From assembly GCA_030704615.1 (NCBI GenBank), contig CM060734.1, positions 4,402,001-4,466,000 on the forward strand: 64,000 nt of DNA. Reading direction: 5' to 3'. The notes under the pieces are model-generated. The model was not told the origin of the DNA. It worked only from the letters and a program-made list of their open reading frames with translations, and made no database searches. The translations under genes were made by a program, and so were the position numbers. The stretch comes from Takakia lepidozioides. Lineage: Eukaryota > Plantae > Bryophyta. Shown piece by piece: positions 12,014 through 26,199 of this stretch; the stretch's first letter is position 1; each line of letters opens with the position of its first letter.

Positions 12014-13959
12014 TTATATAGTAGAGAACAGTTGAGATTACAAGAAAATATTGTCTTAATTGATACAAACTAGAGTTTCAACTAGTGATAGGCCCTGGGC
12101 ATTGAAGGTTGAGACTTTTGTAAAGTCATTGTTCCTACAACAACAAATGTGGCAACCTGTTTGTACTGAAGCTTTCACCTAAATTGATCAAGATTTGGTC
12201 GATCTTTTGTCTCAGGTGGTAGTGATTCTCTTATCAAGGTTTGTGATTGGGCTTGTGAATCCTGATTTTGTGCTCAGATGATATTCTCCTTTCCTCTCAA
12301 GGCACGTTTTAGATTAGGGGTGTGCAACTCAGAAAAAGACAAGCTTTGTTGTACCAGAAGTAGATACGCGCAGAGGAGAACAACGCAAGGCTTACGAACG
12401 TCAGGCATGCATAAGTACGAACATCCAGAGCTTTGGCACAATCAAGTGGAGGCAAACTTGGGTGTGTGCCTCTGTACATACGAGAAAAGAGTCAGTTTAC
12501 TTTAGGTCAGAGAAAGACCATATACCCTCAACCTCAGGTTGGGATCAGCCCACACCTGCAAGTGATTACCCACAATCCCGTCCATCAAACAATAAAAGGT
12601 CCAGATGAAGCCAGCTCCATGTAAGGTTAGCTGGATAGGGTATGGATCAAGCCAAGTATAATGGCTTCCCGCAGTCTTCTACTTAAAGCAGGGGTTAAGG
12701 CCTGACACGATTTAATGAGAAAGCTGATTGTGGGGACAAGGAAACTATGGGGCATCCACATGCTCCTGAAGTAGATCCTATCAATCTTAAAGAACATGAT
12801 ACAGGTGTCCATAGAGGTGTCATGCATCCATCCATCCTGTATTACCATCCATCCAGACCTCATTAAGATTTTAATTATTATTATTAGTGGGTCCATGTTC
12901 ATTGTCAAACCGCCCTAATTAATTTTCTAGTAGGGGTTACAGGCTAAAAAAAATAGACTAAGCTCTAGGTTTCAAAAGGGAAGCATTTATTTAGTTCTAG
13001 AATGTTATGGATCTACAATTAAAATTTATTTTTTTGGCTCATTCCAATTCCTCATCCTCGTTGCAGCTGCTACTAGTATCGACAAAAATACCATATGAGT
13101 TCCCTTTCCATTCTTTCTAGAAAACTGCCACTTACAGATCTTTGACTTTAACTTTCCAAGGAGGGCCACAGGCCTATATTCCTGCAAGGAACCAACAACT
13201 TATTACAGAAACCATAGTAAATGAAGCAATTTTTGTCAAATAAATCAAAAATTCGCTCCCAGGTTATAAATAAATAAATAAAAATAAAAATAAATTAACC
13301 TTGGTGAATTCATCGTCCAAGCATTGGTCGTAGTAGTCCATTGCATTCTGGCGAACAGATTGGGAGGTGTTGGGGCCAAAGGGGAAGGCCATGGCATTTC
13401 TTTCACCCCTCTACCTCGCCACAACAACCCACTCTCTCCCACTCTCTCACAATTTTTTCAATATTATTGCCCCCACTTAAAAATGTTGTTGCATCCATGA
13501 CTGATGTAGGAACCAGTGTTGGGAGGATATCCTTTTTCTGCCATTATACCTTGAGGGTAAAACCCAATAAGGGTATATGGATATGCCTCTCATTTTTGAA
13601 TAATTGGGAGTTTATGTCTCGCGTGTGGGCCAGGATGCGCACGGACGCGGGGTCGCCCGCCCCCTGCACCGGGCAGCCGCGCAGCGCAGCGCGGTCGGCA
13701 GCCCTGCAGCACCGCACCCGCGGTCCGTGGCCCCGGGCCCACGGTCGCCGCTGTGTCCGCCGGCGCGCGGGTTCCCGCTGGGTCTGTTGGGTTTGCCGGC
13801 AAAGCAGCCAGAATCGACAGACCCAAGCAGACCCCATATGACCCGGCGTGCATCTGACCGTCAAGCCGCGCTGCCATCCTATCCGTCCGGATTCAGGGCA
13901 TTGCATCGCAGCCGCCAATCGTGGGCGAAGAGTGTTTCCTCGATCTTTTCCTCCCCTCT

Positions 13960-14684
13960 TGTCGCACACCTCACTTCGGTAAACTCCCCTTCAAGTCATA
14001 GTTACTCGCTTTGATGCGCGCGCCTGACTCCCAACCTGGCCGCCGGGCCAACTTGGAGTTTCGGCTGCTCACCGGGACATAACGGTCCCCTTCCGCTTCC
14101 CTCTAAACCCTCCACCTATTTGGGACTAGGAGAATTCCCTTTGGTAGATGGCAGTCCGGAACAGCTCCCCACTCTTTGGTCGCTTTCCGGCTCCCTCGCT
14201 TACTCACTAGTTTTTGGTCACCAACGGGCTTGCACCGTTCTCGGGGTTACTACTCCCTATATATACTTCTGTAGCTGTCCGCGGGGGTTCCACAACCAGC
14301 CATGCCATTTTATGGCGAACCACCACGAAAACCCTCGACTCCCGGTGGTGAGTCGCGGTGAGTCTTGGCCCGCTCACCACGGCCCCTATGGACCGTGATG
14401 AGTCCCAAGACTCCCCACGACTCCCACCACGAGGTCTCCGCCCCCATGGTGAGTCCTATGCCACCCCCAATAAGTCCCACTAAGCTACCACCACCCCTTG
14501 TGGAGCCACCCCCACCGCAACCCGGTGTGCGGGGCTCCACCTAGTGAGCGCCTCCGCTTCCCTGAGTGCCTTGGGCACTCAAGGGTGCCTCAGCCCCCCA
14601 TACCTATCGCTTCCGCTGCCCCCACCACAGGGGCAGCCCCTGATGTGTCCCGACCCCCTGCCCTCAAGGCAAAGGGCCGCGACA
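13960..14684 (-). repeat. 3' LTR
   Basis: Direct repeat of 20209-20933 with TG...CA ends. Confidence 0.96.
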
Positions 14685-15590
14685 CACACCCCTACCAACA
14701 GGGAGTCGATGTCCTCATCGACTTGTCCATTTTGTAGAAACGAACATCCAAGCTGTGGCGTCCCACATCAAGGAGTTTGTTTCCGCACCATGGCGTCCCA
14801 TGGCAAAGAACCAAACCCCACACTTGACTCTACTCTCCACTAGCTAGTTCGGCCGACTTCCTCCAAGTCCCGGCCAAGGGTGGAGCCTCTCCAGCTCCTC
14901 CCAGTGCACTCTTCTTGGCCTACTTCAAGGCCAAGGAACGATCCTCCCCGAGGATCGAATCGCCTTACTGCAACAACATTGCTTGCGATCGCTCATGATG
15001 CCGCTTTTGGCATCACCTTGAGCAAGGGTTCACCTGGAACCCTCTTTGACTATGAAGATAATCTTGAACCAACCGTGCGCCCCAATCACTACAATTGGGT
15101 CCGCCTTGGAATGTTGGCCTGAGGTACGGGAACACGCCGAAGCCGCACTACGACTTCGTCCCGAGGCTACACGATTATAGTACGTGAACGGAAGCACGTA
15201 GCTTCCGCGTTAGCCCGCACTACAAGGCAACCCCCTCGGTAGCGCAGTTATAGTACGCGCACGCGCCAGGTGCGCACTAGCACGTGAACTCCCAAATAAG
15301 GCGCAAGTTTCCTTGCCCCTTGGATGGGAGTCACCCGATTTCGGCACTGCGCAAACACACGATTAACCCAATTTACCTCTCCCACTTTTGTAAGCTAGCA
15401 TGCATTCTACACACTAGCCAACCACACCAAGCATCACCATTCCAAACACAATAGGACGCATAATATTTGGGACCCATTTCCTTTATAACAAATTTTTGTA
15501 CAATACAAGTTTTTGCAATCGGATTCCTGAGCTAGCTAAACCGGGCTAAGTATGCATTTCCTCCCCCACGCTCCAAGGTTGATGTCCCCA

Positions 15591-18500
15591 TCAACGTTTC
15601 TTCCGCTTTTGAGGTCGCCCTTCGAACGCTGCAACTGCCTCGGATGCGTTTCCCATTTCTGAGGCACGCACCCAAGATGCCTCCACAAGATGATAGCCCT
15701 TCCATTTGACGAGATACTCCGTTTCTCGGTTCTTGAACCTCCTTGACTTAAGTATTGCCTCCACCTCGTACTCAGGTTCATTTTCATGATCCAACAGCAT
15801 AGGTGACGGGCGCAACACTTGCTGCCGATTCGGACGTGCTTCATCTTTGAAGTAAGGCTTCAAAAGGGAGACATGGAATACTGGGTGCACCTTGCTGTTT
15901 GCCGGCAGCTCCAATTCATACACATCCTCATTTATAACCCTCCGAATGCGAAAGGGACCCGCATACGGAGGTACGAACTTCGGACTCACTTCCGGAGGTA
16001 GTCGGAAATTCTTGATGTTCAACCAGACCTCTGTGCCTGCCTCAAACTTCACTTCCCTCCGCTTCCGATTCGCCTGCCTTTCATACCGTTTCCTAGCTTT
16101 GGCAATGTTGTACTTTGCGAGCTTCAACAAACGCTCGCGTTCTTCCAGTACCGCCGCTACTGCCGGTTCCTCAACGTCCTGGGCGGCCCAACTTGTCGGC
16201 ACCAGAGGTGCTTTTCCATAGACCAACACAAAAGGGGAAACTCCCATCGCGGAGTGTTCTGTGTTATTATAACAGAACTCTGCCGCGTCTAAGTGTTCCA
16301 TCCAGTCTGATTGGTCTGCCGACACGTAATTCCGCAAGAATTGCTTCACTACGGAATTCACTCTTTCCGTTTGGCCGTCCGTCGTAGGTCGGAAGGCGGT
16401 GCTCATCTTCAGCCTCGTCCCCATCTTCTTCCAAAGTGCTCTCCAGAATTTACTCGTAAACTTTGGATCGCGGTCCGAGACAATATCCTTCGGGACTCCA
16501 TGATGCTTTAAGACGTGGGCGAAGTAAAGTCGCCCTGTCTCCTGCGCCGTTGCCGTCTCCTTGGTGGGGATGAAATGGGCCATTTTACTGAACCTATCTA
16601 CCACCACCATGATTGCATCGAATCCTTTTGACAGCGGCATAGCAGTCATGAAATCCATCGAGACGCTTTCCCAAGTCCCCTCTGGAATCGGCAAGGGTTG
16701 TAACAGCCCCGCTTGCTTTTTGTACTCGCTCCGGTTTTGTTGGCATGTGGTGCATGTCTTGACATACTCCTCTGCCTCCTCCCTCAGTTTGGGCCAGAAA
16801 TACTCTTTCTTCAAGAGTGCCGCAGTGCGCTTGGCTCCACCGTGGCCCGCAAGCGGGCTATCATGGCATTCTCTCAAGAGACTATCCCTGATCCCTCCCT
16901 TTGGCACATAGAGACGTTTTTGCTTATACCGGAGCAGTCCGTTTTGCAAGTGGAACTGCGATTTAACCCCCATTCTCAAGTCCTGCATCACGCACTTTGC
17001 CAGCTCATCCTTCCGGCAAGCCTTCCGGATCTTCCTTTGGAGCGCCGTCTCGCCCTTGTACACCAACAAGAGCTGCTGCTTTCTACTTAAAGCATCGGCC
17101 ACCACATTGTCCCGTCCCGGTTTGTACTGGATATCCACGTCGAACACTGCCAAAGTATCTTGCCACCTAAGTTGTTTTGGGGACAACTTGGGCTGCGTGG
17201 CAAAATACTTCACCGTGACATTGTCCGTGAACACCTTCACTGGGTTGGAACCAACATAGTGGCGCCAGAGTTCAAGGCAATGCACCACCGCCTTCATCTC
17301 TTTTTCGTGCGTCGGCCACCGTCGCTCCACTTCATTCAGTTTCTTACTTTCGTAAGCCACTGGACGTCCATCTTGCATAAGTACACCCCCAATTGCGAAG
17401 TCCGATGCATCTGTATGAATCTCAAACGGACGATCGAACTCCGGGATTTTCAAGACTGGAGCTTCCGTCATCCGCTGCTTCAATTCAGCAAAAGCTTGGC
17501 CACAAAATGTGTTCCATACCCAGACTTTGGATTTACACAGAAGGTCCGACAGCGGCCCCGCGATCTTGGCGAAATTTCTCACATACTTCCGGTAATAGGA
17601 GGCGAGTCCTAGGAAGGATCGCACTCCCGGGACCGAAGTCGGAGGCTCCCAGTCCAAGATCGCCCTCACTTTTCTGTCATCCATTTTGATCCCATCCTGT
17701 GTAATCACATGCCCCAAGAACTCCACTTTTGTGACCCCGAATTCGCACTTTGAAGCTTTGGCATACAGCTTCCCTTCTCGCAATTTCTGGAACACCCTTT
17801 TGAGATGCTCCAGGTGCTCCTCCTTTGTTTTCGAGTACACCAAGATGTCGTCGATGTACACGATCACGAAGTCATCCAACCACTCTTGGAAAAGGCTGTT
17901 CATCAGCGTGCTAAATGTCGCTGGTGCATTGGTGAGCCCAAAAGGCATCACCAAAAACTCATATGAACCATACCTTGTCCTGCACGCGGTCTTCTCCTCA
18001 TCTCCTTCTGCCACCCGAATTTGGTGATAGCCGGAGCGCAAGTCGATCCGGCTGAAATACTTCGCTCCTGCCAACCGATCGAAGAGGTCGTCGATCCTTG
18101 GCAAAGGGTACCGGTTTTTGATAGTCACCTTATTCAGAGCCCTGTAATCGACACACATCCGCAGCGTCCCATCCTTCTTGTCTGCAAATAGCACCGGGGC
18201 TCCGTAAGGTGACTTACTCGGCCGGATGTACCCCTTTGACATTAGATCCTTGAGCTGAGTCTTCAGCTCGACCAACTCTCTGTGGCTCAACCGGTAGGGC
18301 GCCTTGGCAGGCGGTCCCGCTCCCGGTATCACCTCAATCTTGTGGTCAACTCCTCTTCGCGGTGGCAAGCCGCTTGGTAAGTCCTCCGGCATCACATCCT
18401 GGTATTTCTCCAAAATCCCCTTGATCCAATCTGGGCTCGGCTCCCCATCGCCTTCTCCTTTCACTTCTCTAATGTAAAGCAAAAACTGGGACTCGTGTGC

Positions 18501-20216
18501 CTCCTCCACGGCCCACTCCTTTGCTGACAGAAGGTTTACTCGCCCTCCCACGGATTTGGGCGTTTCCGACACTCGTAAAACCTCGTCACCATTCCCACAT
18601 GGGAGCGTGACTACTCTCTTGCGGCCATCTATGACCGCTCCGGATTTGCTCAAAAAGGTCATCCCTAAAATGAGATCCACTCCATCGATCTCGCAGATAG
18701 TGAAGTTCTCACGTCCCTCCCAACTCCCCAGTTGAAGAGGAACATCAAACGCCAACCTTGTCGCCAACTGAGGTTCTCCTTTGGCAGAACGCACCTCAAT
18801 AGAGGCCCCCACGTCACTTGTCGGGAGTCCCAACTTTCGCGCCGCCACCGGCGTCATGAAGGAGTGCGACGCTCCTGTGTCCACCAACAACGACACGTTA
18901 GTTCCGGATATTATCCCATCCACGAACAATAATTGACTCCCTTTTCGCAGGGCGCCAGTTTCCTGATACAACTCACAAGAATAGTTGCCTACCTTGCAAG
19001 TCCTGGCGACTACCGCTTCCACCAAGCGACTGATGGTATCTTCTGACAGCTCCGTGGTCGCCCGAGTCATGTTCAATTGCCGGGGTTTCGTGCACTTCTT
19101 GGCCATGTGCCCGGGCTCCCCGCAATTGAAACACACTCCATCAAAGGTCGCCTTCTGTCCGCCATAAGCCGCTCCACCCGCTTTTCCTTTCGAAGCACCG
19201 GGTGCCGCCTTGACGTGTGAAGGACCTCCCTTCGATTTCCACGTGCCATTTTCGCCGCGTGGCCTATCCCACTTCTTTTCCGGTCGGGAGGAGTCACCTT
19301 CCCGCCGGGTCTTCTTGTGGTTCAGCTCCGTACGGCCTTGTCTCTCACCCCTAGGGACATCCGAGAAACATTCAGCTCTCTCAATTGCCTCGTTCAAAGT
19401 CTTGGGTGGCTTCTCCTCCAACTTCCGCCTAGCCCATGGGGCCAGTCCTGCCACAAAGTTGAAGACCATTTCTGGTTCTGCCATGTCCGCGACTTCGAGC
19501 AACAGCACATTGAAAGCCTGGACATACCCCCGAATGTCGTCTGTTTGCTTCAAATTCCTCATCTTGTCCCGGGCAAGCCAGGATGCGTTGAGGGGCACAA
19601 ACTGTCTCTTCATCAATTCCTTGAACCCACTCCAGTTCAAGGTTTCCGGGCTTGGGCCTCGGTCGTGAAGGCGTTTCTGCCACCATTGTTGAGCATAGCC
19701 CCTCAAATAGGTGGGAGCCACTTCCACCCGATCCTCGTCACTCAACTTGGCCGCCCGGAAGTACTGCTCTAGCTCCAGGAGCCAGGTGTTGAGTGCCTTC
19801 CGGTTTCGAACGCCCTCGAAGGTGCCGGGTTCCTTAGGCTTCACCTTAAACTTTGCCTTAGTGGAAGTGGCATTAGCCGCCTTCAACACGTCTTTCAACG
19901 TCCCGCCAAACTGCGCCAACAACCCTTCCCAAAAGGCTGCCGGCATGGGAGGCATCTCTTGGTTTGTCGGAGCTCTCAAGGATTCCTCGGGCTCCGACTC
20001 CTCGGATTCCTCCCGTTCCTGAGCGGCCTCGTTTTCGGAAACATTCATCGCTTCCTCAAACGGCCGCCTCGGTGACACGTCGCCCCCATCGGGCTCACCG
20101 GGATCATCATCTTTTGGGCCGTTCCGCTTTCGCTTCGGCTTGCCCGACCCCATGATGAGGCCAATCCCAAGGACGATCGCGTACTGAACTCTAAGCTCTG
20201 ATACCAAATGTCGCAC
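15591..20216 (-). CDS. Gag-Pol polyprotein (Gag, CCHC knuckle, protease, RT, RNase H, integrase, chromodomain); likely start at the ATG near 20153
   Basis: [43 protein letters not shown] integrase, GPF motif and YEVEAIL...YLVKWKGY chromodomain; 1541-aa uninterrupted frame. Confidence 0.96.
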   Translation of the reverse strand: MRHLVSELRVQYAIVLGIGLIMGSGKPKRKRNGPKDDDPGEPDGGDVSPRRPFEEAMNVSENEAAQEREESEESEPEESLRAPTNQEMPPMPAAFWEGLLAQFGGTLKDVLKAANATSTKAKFKVKPKEPGTFEGVRNRKALNTWLLELEQYFRAAKLSDEDRVEVAPTYLRGYAQQWWQKRLHDRGPSPETLNWSGFKELMKRQFVPLNASWLARDKMRNLKQTDDIRGYVQAFNVLLLEVADMAEPEMVFNFVAGLAPWARRKLEEKPPKTLNEAIERAECFSDVPRGERQGRTELNHKKTRREGDSSRPEKKWDRPRGENGTWKSKGGPSHVKAAPGASKGKAGGAAYGGQKATFDGVCFNCGEPGHMAKKCTKPRQLNMTRATTELSEDTISRLVEAVVARTCKVGNYSCELYQETGALRKGSQLLFVDGIISGTNVSLLVDTGASHSFMTPVAARKLGLPTSDVGASIEVRSAKGEPQLATRLAFDVPLQLGSWEGRENFTICEIDGVDLILGMTFLSKSGAVIDGRKRVVTLPCGNGDEVLRVSETPKSVGGRVNLLSAKEWAVEEAHESQFLLYIREVKGEGDGEPSPDWIKGILEKYQDVMPEDLPSGLPPRRGVDHKIEVIPGAGPPAKAPYRLSHRELVELKTQLKDLMSKGYIRPSKSPYGAPVLFADKKDGTLRMCVDYRALNKVTIKNRYPLPRIDDLFDRLAGAKYFSRIDLRSGYHQIRVAEGDEEKTACRTRYGSYEFLVMPFGLTNAPATFSTLMNSLFQEWLDDFVIVYIDDILVYSKTKEEHLEHLKRVFQKLREGKLYAKASKCEFGVTKVEFLGHVITQDGIKMDDRKVRAILDWEPPTSVPGVRSFLGLASYYRKYVRNFAKIAGPLSDLLCKSKVWVWNTFCGQAFAELKQRMTEAPVLKIPEFDRPFEIHTDASDFAIGGVLMQDGRPVAYESKKLNEVERRWPTHEKEMKAVVHCLELWRHYVGSNPVKVFTDNVTVKYFATQPKLSPKQLRWQDTLAVFDVDIQYKPGRDNVVADALSRKQQLLLVYKGETALQRKIRKACRKDELAKCVMQDLRMGVKSQFHLQNGLLRYKQKRLYVPKGGIRDSLLRECHDSPLAGHGGAKRTAALLKKEYFWPKLREEAEEYVKTCTTCQQNRSEYKKQAGLLQPLPIPEGTWESVSMDFMTAMPLSKGFDAIMVVVDRFSKMAHFIPTKETATAQETGRLYFAHVLKHHGVPKDIVSDRDPKFTSKFWRALWKKMGTRLKMSTAFRPTTDGQTERVNSVVKQFLRNYVSADQSDWMEHLDAAEFCYNNTEHSAMGVSPFVLVYGKAPLVPTSWAAQDVEEPAVAAVLEERERLLKLAKYNIAKARKRYERQANRKRREVKFEAGTEVWLNIKNFRLPPEVSPKFVPPYAGPFRIRRVINEDVYELELPANSKVHPVFHVSLLKPYFKDEARPNRQQVLRPSPMLLDHENEPEYEVEAILKSRRFKNRETEYLVKWKGYHLVEASWVRASEMGNASEAVAAFEGRPQKRKKR
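20195..20206 (-). promoter_or_regulatory. Primer-binding site for initiator tRNA-Met
   Basis: TGGTATCAGAGC on the minus strand, 2 nt inside the 5' LTR boundary. Confidence 0.93.
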
Positions 20217-20933
20217 ACCTCACTTCGGTAAACTCCCCTTCAAGTCATAGTTACTCGCTTTGATGCGCGCGCCTGACTCCCAACCTGGCCGCCGGGCCAA
20301 CTTGGAGTTTCGGCTGCTCACCGGGACATAACGGTCCCCTTCCGCTTCCCTCTAAACCCTCCACCTATTTGGGACTAGGAGAATTCCCTTTGGTAGATGG
20401 CAGTCCGGAACAGCTCCCCACTCTTTGGTCGCTTTCCGGCTCCCTCGCTTACTCACTAGTTTTTGGTCACCAACGGGCTTGCACCGTTCTCGGGGTTACT
20501 ACTCCCTATATATACTTCTGTAGCTGTCCGCGGGGGTTCCACAACCAGCCATGCCATTTTATGGCGAACCACCACGAAAACCCTCGACTCCCGGTGGTGA
20601 GTCGCGGTGAGTCTTGGCCCGCTCACCACGGCCCCTATGGACCGTGATGAGTCCCAAGACTCCCCACGACTCCCACCACGAGGTCTCCGCCCCCATGGTG
20701 AGTCCTATGCCACCCCCAATAAGTCCCACTAAGCTACCACCACCCCTTGTGGAGCCACCCCCACCGCAACCCGGTGTGCGGGGCTCCACCTAGTGAGCGC
20801 CTCCGCTTCCCTGAGTGCCTTGGGCACTCAAGGGTGCCTCAGCCCCCCATACCTATCGCTTCCGCTGCCCCCACCACAGGGGCAGCCCCTGATGTGTCCC
20901 GACCCCCTGCCCTCAAGGCAAAGGGCCGCGACA
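20209..20933 (-). repeat. 5' LTR
   Basis: Direct repeat of 13960-14684; followed on the minus strand by the PBS. Confidence 0.96.
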
Positions 20934-21060
20934 CCTCTGGTCTGTTCCTGCCGCCAGGCTTCCCTCCTAGCAAGAACGTACGTGCTGTCGTCCTTCGCTT
21001 CCACCTTTGCAGGTCGTATTGCAAGTGCTGAAGCGTGCGCGAAGGGGTACTGTAGTGTAT

Positions 21061-21787
21061 ATGGCAGTGACCGTCGATACCCAACCTGAAAACTTTTTTA
21101 TACGTCCACTTCAACAATGTCTTCAAACACCAAAGGATGGGCCATTTTCCTGCAAAGATCTTTACTGGAAGAATGAGAGTCACTTTGGATACATGGGCTC
21201 TCAAGTACACGTCCGCACGGCCTGTATTCCCTGGGAGAGAGTGGGCGACTTTATACTTGGAAAGGAGAGTAGAGACGAGTATTCCACCCAATTTTACATG
21301 AATGTGCACGTTCACGCGAAGCCTGGAACGCGAACAGCTCCAAGAGCTAACACATATCTAACCTCTGTCATGTCTGCTCCATTTTCCAGTTTCTTCCTGT
21401 GCTTGCGCCACATGTACATGTTGATGTAGATAGGGTTTATACTGTCTTACATGCTTCCAGAACTCCATGGGTGTCGATGACATATTCCAATACGACCTTG
21501 TCCAGGTATCAGTGTTGCTATGGTCCAGAGGACAAGCGCACCAACAATGTGAGTGTTAGGGATCCGAAGGTCAAGCGAGGAGGTCCGGACGTCGGGGCTG
21601 GAACCAATAATCCTCACAAAGGTCCAAGTCGAAAAAAAAAAAACGAATACGGTGAGTCTTACAAGCGTGGTTGTCTCTGTTGTTTCAAAATCTTGCAATG
21701 TTATCTTGCTCCAGACATTGGGGTCATCACATATTATAACAACATGCAACACCTAGATGTATCCGCATGGCGGATATGCCTGGTTTC
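21061..21787 (+). pseudogene. Element A transposase, N-terminal part (At4g13970/At1g60560-like SWIM-MULE family)
   Basis: FSCKDLYW, IPWERVGDFILG, YQCCYGPED and KRGCLCCF...HLD..HG resemble the recalled motifs of this family; interrupted by element B. Confidence 0.8.
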
Positions 21788-22612
21788 GAGGGTAGCTACC
21801 GCATGAGCAGCTCACGTGAGCACACTAAGCGTGAGCAGATTGTAAGCGTGAGCAGATTAGGGAAGCAAAGCCTACAGCCAAGGTAATATAGGGCCTATTG
21901 CCGTGGACGCAAAATCTTCTGAATGGAAATTCACGTAGGCGGCCAGGGACCAAAGCTGTCGTGCTCCATGCATGCAATGTGGGATGAATATGTGATGAAA
22001 AACGGCCGGATGAAAGAAGTGAAAGGATGAATGGTGGATGAATGTGGGATGAGAAGCCGCCCTGCAGAATGGAACATGCATGGACTGAAATAAGATTGAT
22101 TGTACGGCAAACACGGCAAACACGGCAAACTCTAAACCCGGGGAAACACGGGAAACCCTAAGCACAAACACTGATCTCGCAACCCAAATTTCAAACCCCC
22201 AAGACACCATAAAGCCGAAAACCCATGCCCGCAATGATAAACCCCAAACCCCAAACCTCAAACCCCAAAGCATAAACGGAAGCCACAAACACAGAACGGT
22301 AACCCTAATTCGTGAAAGTCTTCTCTTAGAGAATAAACCACAACCAGCGACAATGTAAAAGAGGTGGAGAAGCGAAGCGACAAGAGGCTTAATTTTAGAA
22401 GAATAGGTGGAAAAAAACCAAGTGGCATAAAGAAGCTCAACGGAGATGATTTTATGTGTTGTTGAGTTTAAATAAGTGTTTTTTAATTTGCCACAAGCTA
22501 AATTCCAGCCCCTGTTGGCACATGGGAATTCAACCCAAAAACCAATTAAAACATTAAAATTAAAAAAAAAGCCTTAGCGAACAGCCATGTTCTTGCAGGG
22601 AAAAAGCTCGGC

Positions 22613-22640
22613 ATTAAGGTGGCGTCAACGCCACCTTAAT
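22613..22640. repeat. Perfect 28-bp inverted repeat ATTAAGGTGGCGT-CA-ACGCCACCTTAAT
   Basis: 13-bp arms with a 2-nt loop; related copies at 32587, 32701 and 32875. Confidence 0.85.
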
Positions 22641-25600
22641 TCCCAGTCCCTGTCGGAACATGACACAAAAATCAAAAAATCAAGATCAAAATAAAATAAA
22701 AGCCTTGATGAGCAACCATGTTTGTAGAGGGATGAGCAACGAAGAGAGAACTTGTTTATTTGCTAGTATACTTTGTGTTACCTGGCGCCCCTTAGAAGAC
22801 AATATTTGTATGTGTGGCTGAGGTGTCATGTGCCATGGACAAGGGTTTATGGACTTCAACAAAGGAGGCATCATAACATACGGAAGGCCCAGAAACTTAC
22901 AGCATATGAACCTTTCAGCAAGCATTTCAGTTTTACCCGCACATTCTGAGCAGCAATATCAGTTTTTTTATGTTCATTTCCAACAAGCCTAACAGTATGA
23001 AACGAACGGAACTGTATGAGCAGCAATGCCCTCATTTTAGGGTTGCAGAGATTGCACCATTCCCAAACCCATCCTGTATTATGGTATGAATATTGATGAC
23101 GGAAGACTTCTTCCATCGTGTTTGCATTAGGTGACATTGGTTGCTTTACTGTCTGTCGTTGCTATCTTTCGTTGTTTCAGAAAGGAAGACAAAACCAGCC
23201 ATTTCGCTTTTGTGCCTGTTGTTACCAGCCGCCCCTCGCAGAACAATCTTTGCCTGCATGGGTGAGGTTCCATGTGCCATTGAGAAGGCTCTATGGAGTA
23301 GAACAATGGAGGCATTACAACAGATGGACAAGCCCAAATTGTTACAGTATTCCAACATTTATTGCGGTATGAATATTCACGAGAGAACACAAAATTTGTT
23401 TTTTAGAAATGTTTCTTGGCCACATCCTCACTGTCAGTATGAGATCTTCCACCACTTTTCATTGTATTTCCCAGTGTTCTCAAAGATGTAAGAGCACACC
23501 GTACCAGGAGCTTTGCTCCACTGCTTGTAGTTATTGCTTTCCCCACTTTCCTCATTTATCAACTTTATTGTACATGATCTTCACTTGCACAGATATAGGT
23601 GGTTTAAGAGTGAATTCTGAAATGACAGCACACCGGATACGCACACTTGACCAGAAACACAATTCAAACACTGAATAGAAGGACTCTGAACCTAAACTTG
23701 CAAATGCGTGAAGGAAATGTTGCACACACTGCATACAATGAACTATGCATAAAATGACTATGACAATAAGCAATCACTATGACTATGACAATGACTATGA
23801 GAAAGAGCTATGAGAATGGGCTATGCATACAATGTTTGCACAAACTGCATACAATGACCTATGCGTGTATAGACACAGTGCAAAATTGCGATGTGGAGGG
23901 GAATAGTGACGCTGTCACAACAAATCACAGAGAATAGTAGCAAAACTGTTTCAAACACGGGAACTTTCAAGTAACAATAAAACGACGGCCGATGTATGGT
24001 TGAAACTGAATTTCAAGTGTTTCATAATACTAGTACCCGTAAGGGAGAAGTATACACGATTCACATGCACATGTGTTTCCTGGCACTTCGGTCGTTTCTA
24101 CCATGCAAACGGTGCTTGCAGATCGGAAGAGGCACAATACAGGACGAAGAGACAACATACTTGGTTTCCGTACAACATGAAGGGTCGTCGGCCTCCATTT
24201 CCAGCATGGTGGAAGCTGAACCGAGAGGCACGACCACAAGTGTTCGCCATTCAAGAGTCTTTCTTGAGCCTTGTGCACAAACCTCATCTGCTCAATGCAC
24301 CTCCACCCCCCCTTCTGTGATACATTACTGTGCGAGTGAAGACGGTGTGGAATGGCATGACGTCGATGTTGACATTGCAGAGGACGAATTCGATCCTTTG
24401 AGCAATGTGAATGACAGACACCGGTGGTGCGAGTTGCAGCCAGGAGAGTGGCATGTGTTGTGGCACACAGCCATGAACATGGTCGAGTATGGGCCTAGTA
24501 TGGGCCACAGGATGCCACCCGTCGGATTCAGGTACATATGCGGTGGGTTCTCATTTTCCGCGGAAACATTGACGCCCGCTCTTTCATAAGCGCGCCCGAC
24601 GCGATGCCCTATCTGTATGTATCACTATCGGAATCCTAACGGCACTCATCAATCTCCTTACACCTCATTGATTTGCCATTGTGCAACGCATTGGACGTCG
24701 TGGAAGGTGGAGCACAAAACATTGGTTTGGGTTATATTCAGAATCATCACTGGTGGAGACATTCGCATCATGTCTGAACCAGGCCATCCTGAAGGTTGAG
24801 CTGTACTTGGGAGGACATATGTTCATTGTGAATGGTACATTTCGAGACAACTTCATCAGAAAAAATATATGGAACAGACATGCAGGCTGCAAAAGAGAAT
24901 TGGAATCCCGACTGGGGACAAGGCAGATGCATTGTATTACGAGGATGGAGACACGTCTGACATGGGACATTTTCAATGTATTGTATTACAAGCAACGAAT
25001 GCCCAAACAATGGGGAGGAGAGTACACATCCCAGAAGACTGTGACTGTCGTGCCATTTCTGGACGCATTCATCTTTGTTTTTTTATACTCTTTCCCCTTG
25101 AAGGGATAGAGGTTCTTCGACCTTGTCTTAGGCCCTGAACGGTGGGTGGAAGACACTCCCATAGCCTCCCACACAGGCCGGACATATGGTGGTCGTGCGT
25201 AGGGGAGGCCATGCCCTACTCGGCCTTCCAGCTCTGCCATGACCAAGTTGCAAATTTCCTGTTTCTTTGCAACAGCAGCCTCAAGATGAAACCAATCCTG
25301 GTTTAGCTGCAAACAATATGCGAGTGACATCAAGGTTGTATGTGCATGAAGAAAATGTGGAAGGAGGATAAGTGCAGACTACACTGGCTCAAAAGCGGAA
25401 GATGTGCCCTCCACTGAAAGTCCATGAGAAAAAATTAACTAAATTTTTATTTAAGGATATTTGTTCAAATATATTTTTATCTTCATAGGTAATGGTATAT
25501 TAATCATATTTAGTAAATGGTCTCATCCCAAATATTTGAGATAGTTTTTATCATAATTTTTTTTTAATAATTTTTTCTTTATTTAGAAATAATAGCTATT

Positions 25601-26199
25601 TATTATTATCTTGTAGTTTATGAAATTTGTCCATATAACAATAAGCTCCTAGAGACAATAACAATATATATATTCTTAGTAAAGATCTCCACCCAAATAT
25701 GAGTTTTTCAAAATGCTATGGACAAATTGTCATTTTGGGGGTTTTTGGGGTACAAAAAGTCCATAGTGTCTTGATGGATAGATGGAATTGTTCACAAATT
25801 TATATTTGTGTCTATTCAAACATTGTGTATCTAGTTGTAAAGTCCATATATGAATTGGTTTTGCACAAATAGGTTTTTCAGATGGCATTTGGGACAGTAG
25901 ATGGACTGTGACAGTCCATTGGAATTCCCTACAAAAGTCCATAGCTTCATGAGATTTCAACCAAATTCCAAAATAATTGTACCCACATGTACATATGGTA
26001 AGTGGCTAACCCATTCTAAGTCCATTTGCTATGAATGTATACTTATGTGTATAGGGTGAAGAATAATATGACAAGCAATCAGTCGAAAACTGCAAATTGC
26101 AGTCCAAACAGAGCCAGTGTTGTCTGCATCTACCCAGGACATAAACAGCACCCGTGCACAATTGCTAAGAGGAATTCAATTCAGACCATGGAGGTTCCA

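Larger units (their letters stand above)
13960..20933 (-). mobile_element. Full-length Ty3/Gypsy chromovirus LTR retrotransposon (Galadriel-like)
   Basis: Two 725-bp LTRs TGTCGC...GCGACA; 5-bp TSD CCTCT at 13955-13959 and 20934-20938; Met-tRNA PBS; single intact gag-pol ORF ending in a chromodomain. Confidence 0.97.

Noticed and set aside
14120-14843. Short ORFs in the LTRs and in the GC-rich 13.6-14.0 kb stretch
   Set aside because: Duplicated only because the LTRs are repeats, or open because of high GC content; no protein signal.
22100-22270. Telomere-like AAACCCC and CGGCAAACA repeats
   Set aside because: Short, degenerate and subterminal in element B; not a true interstitial telomere.
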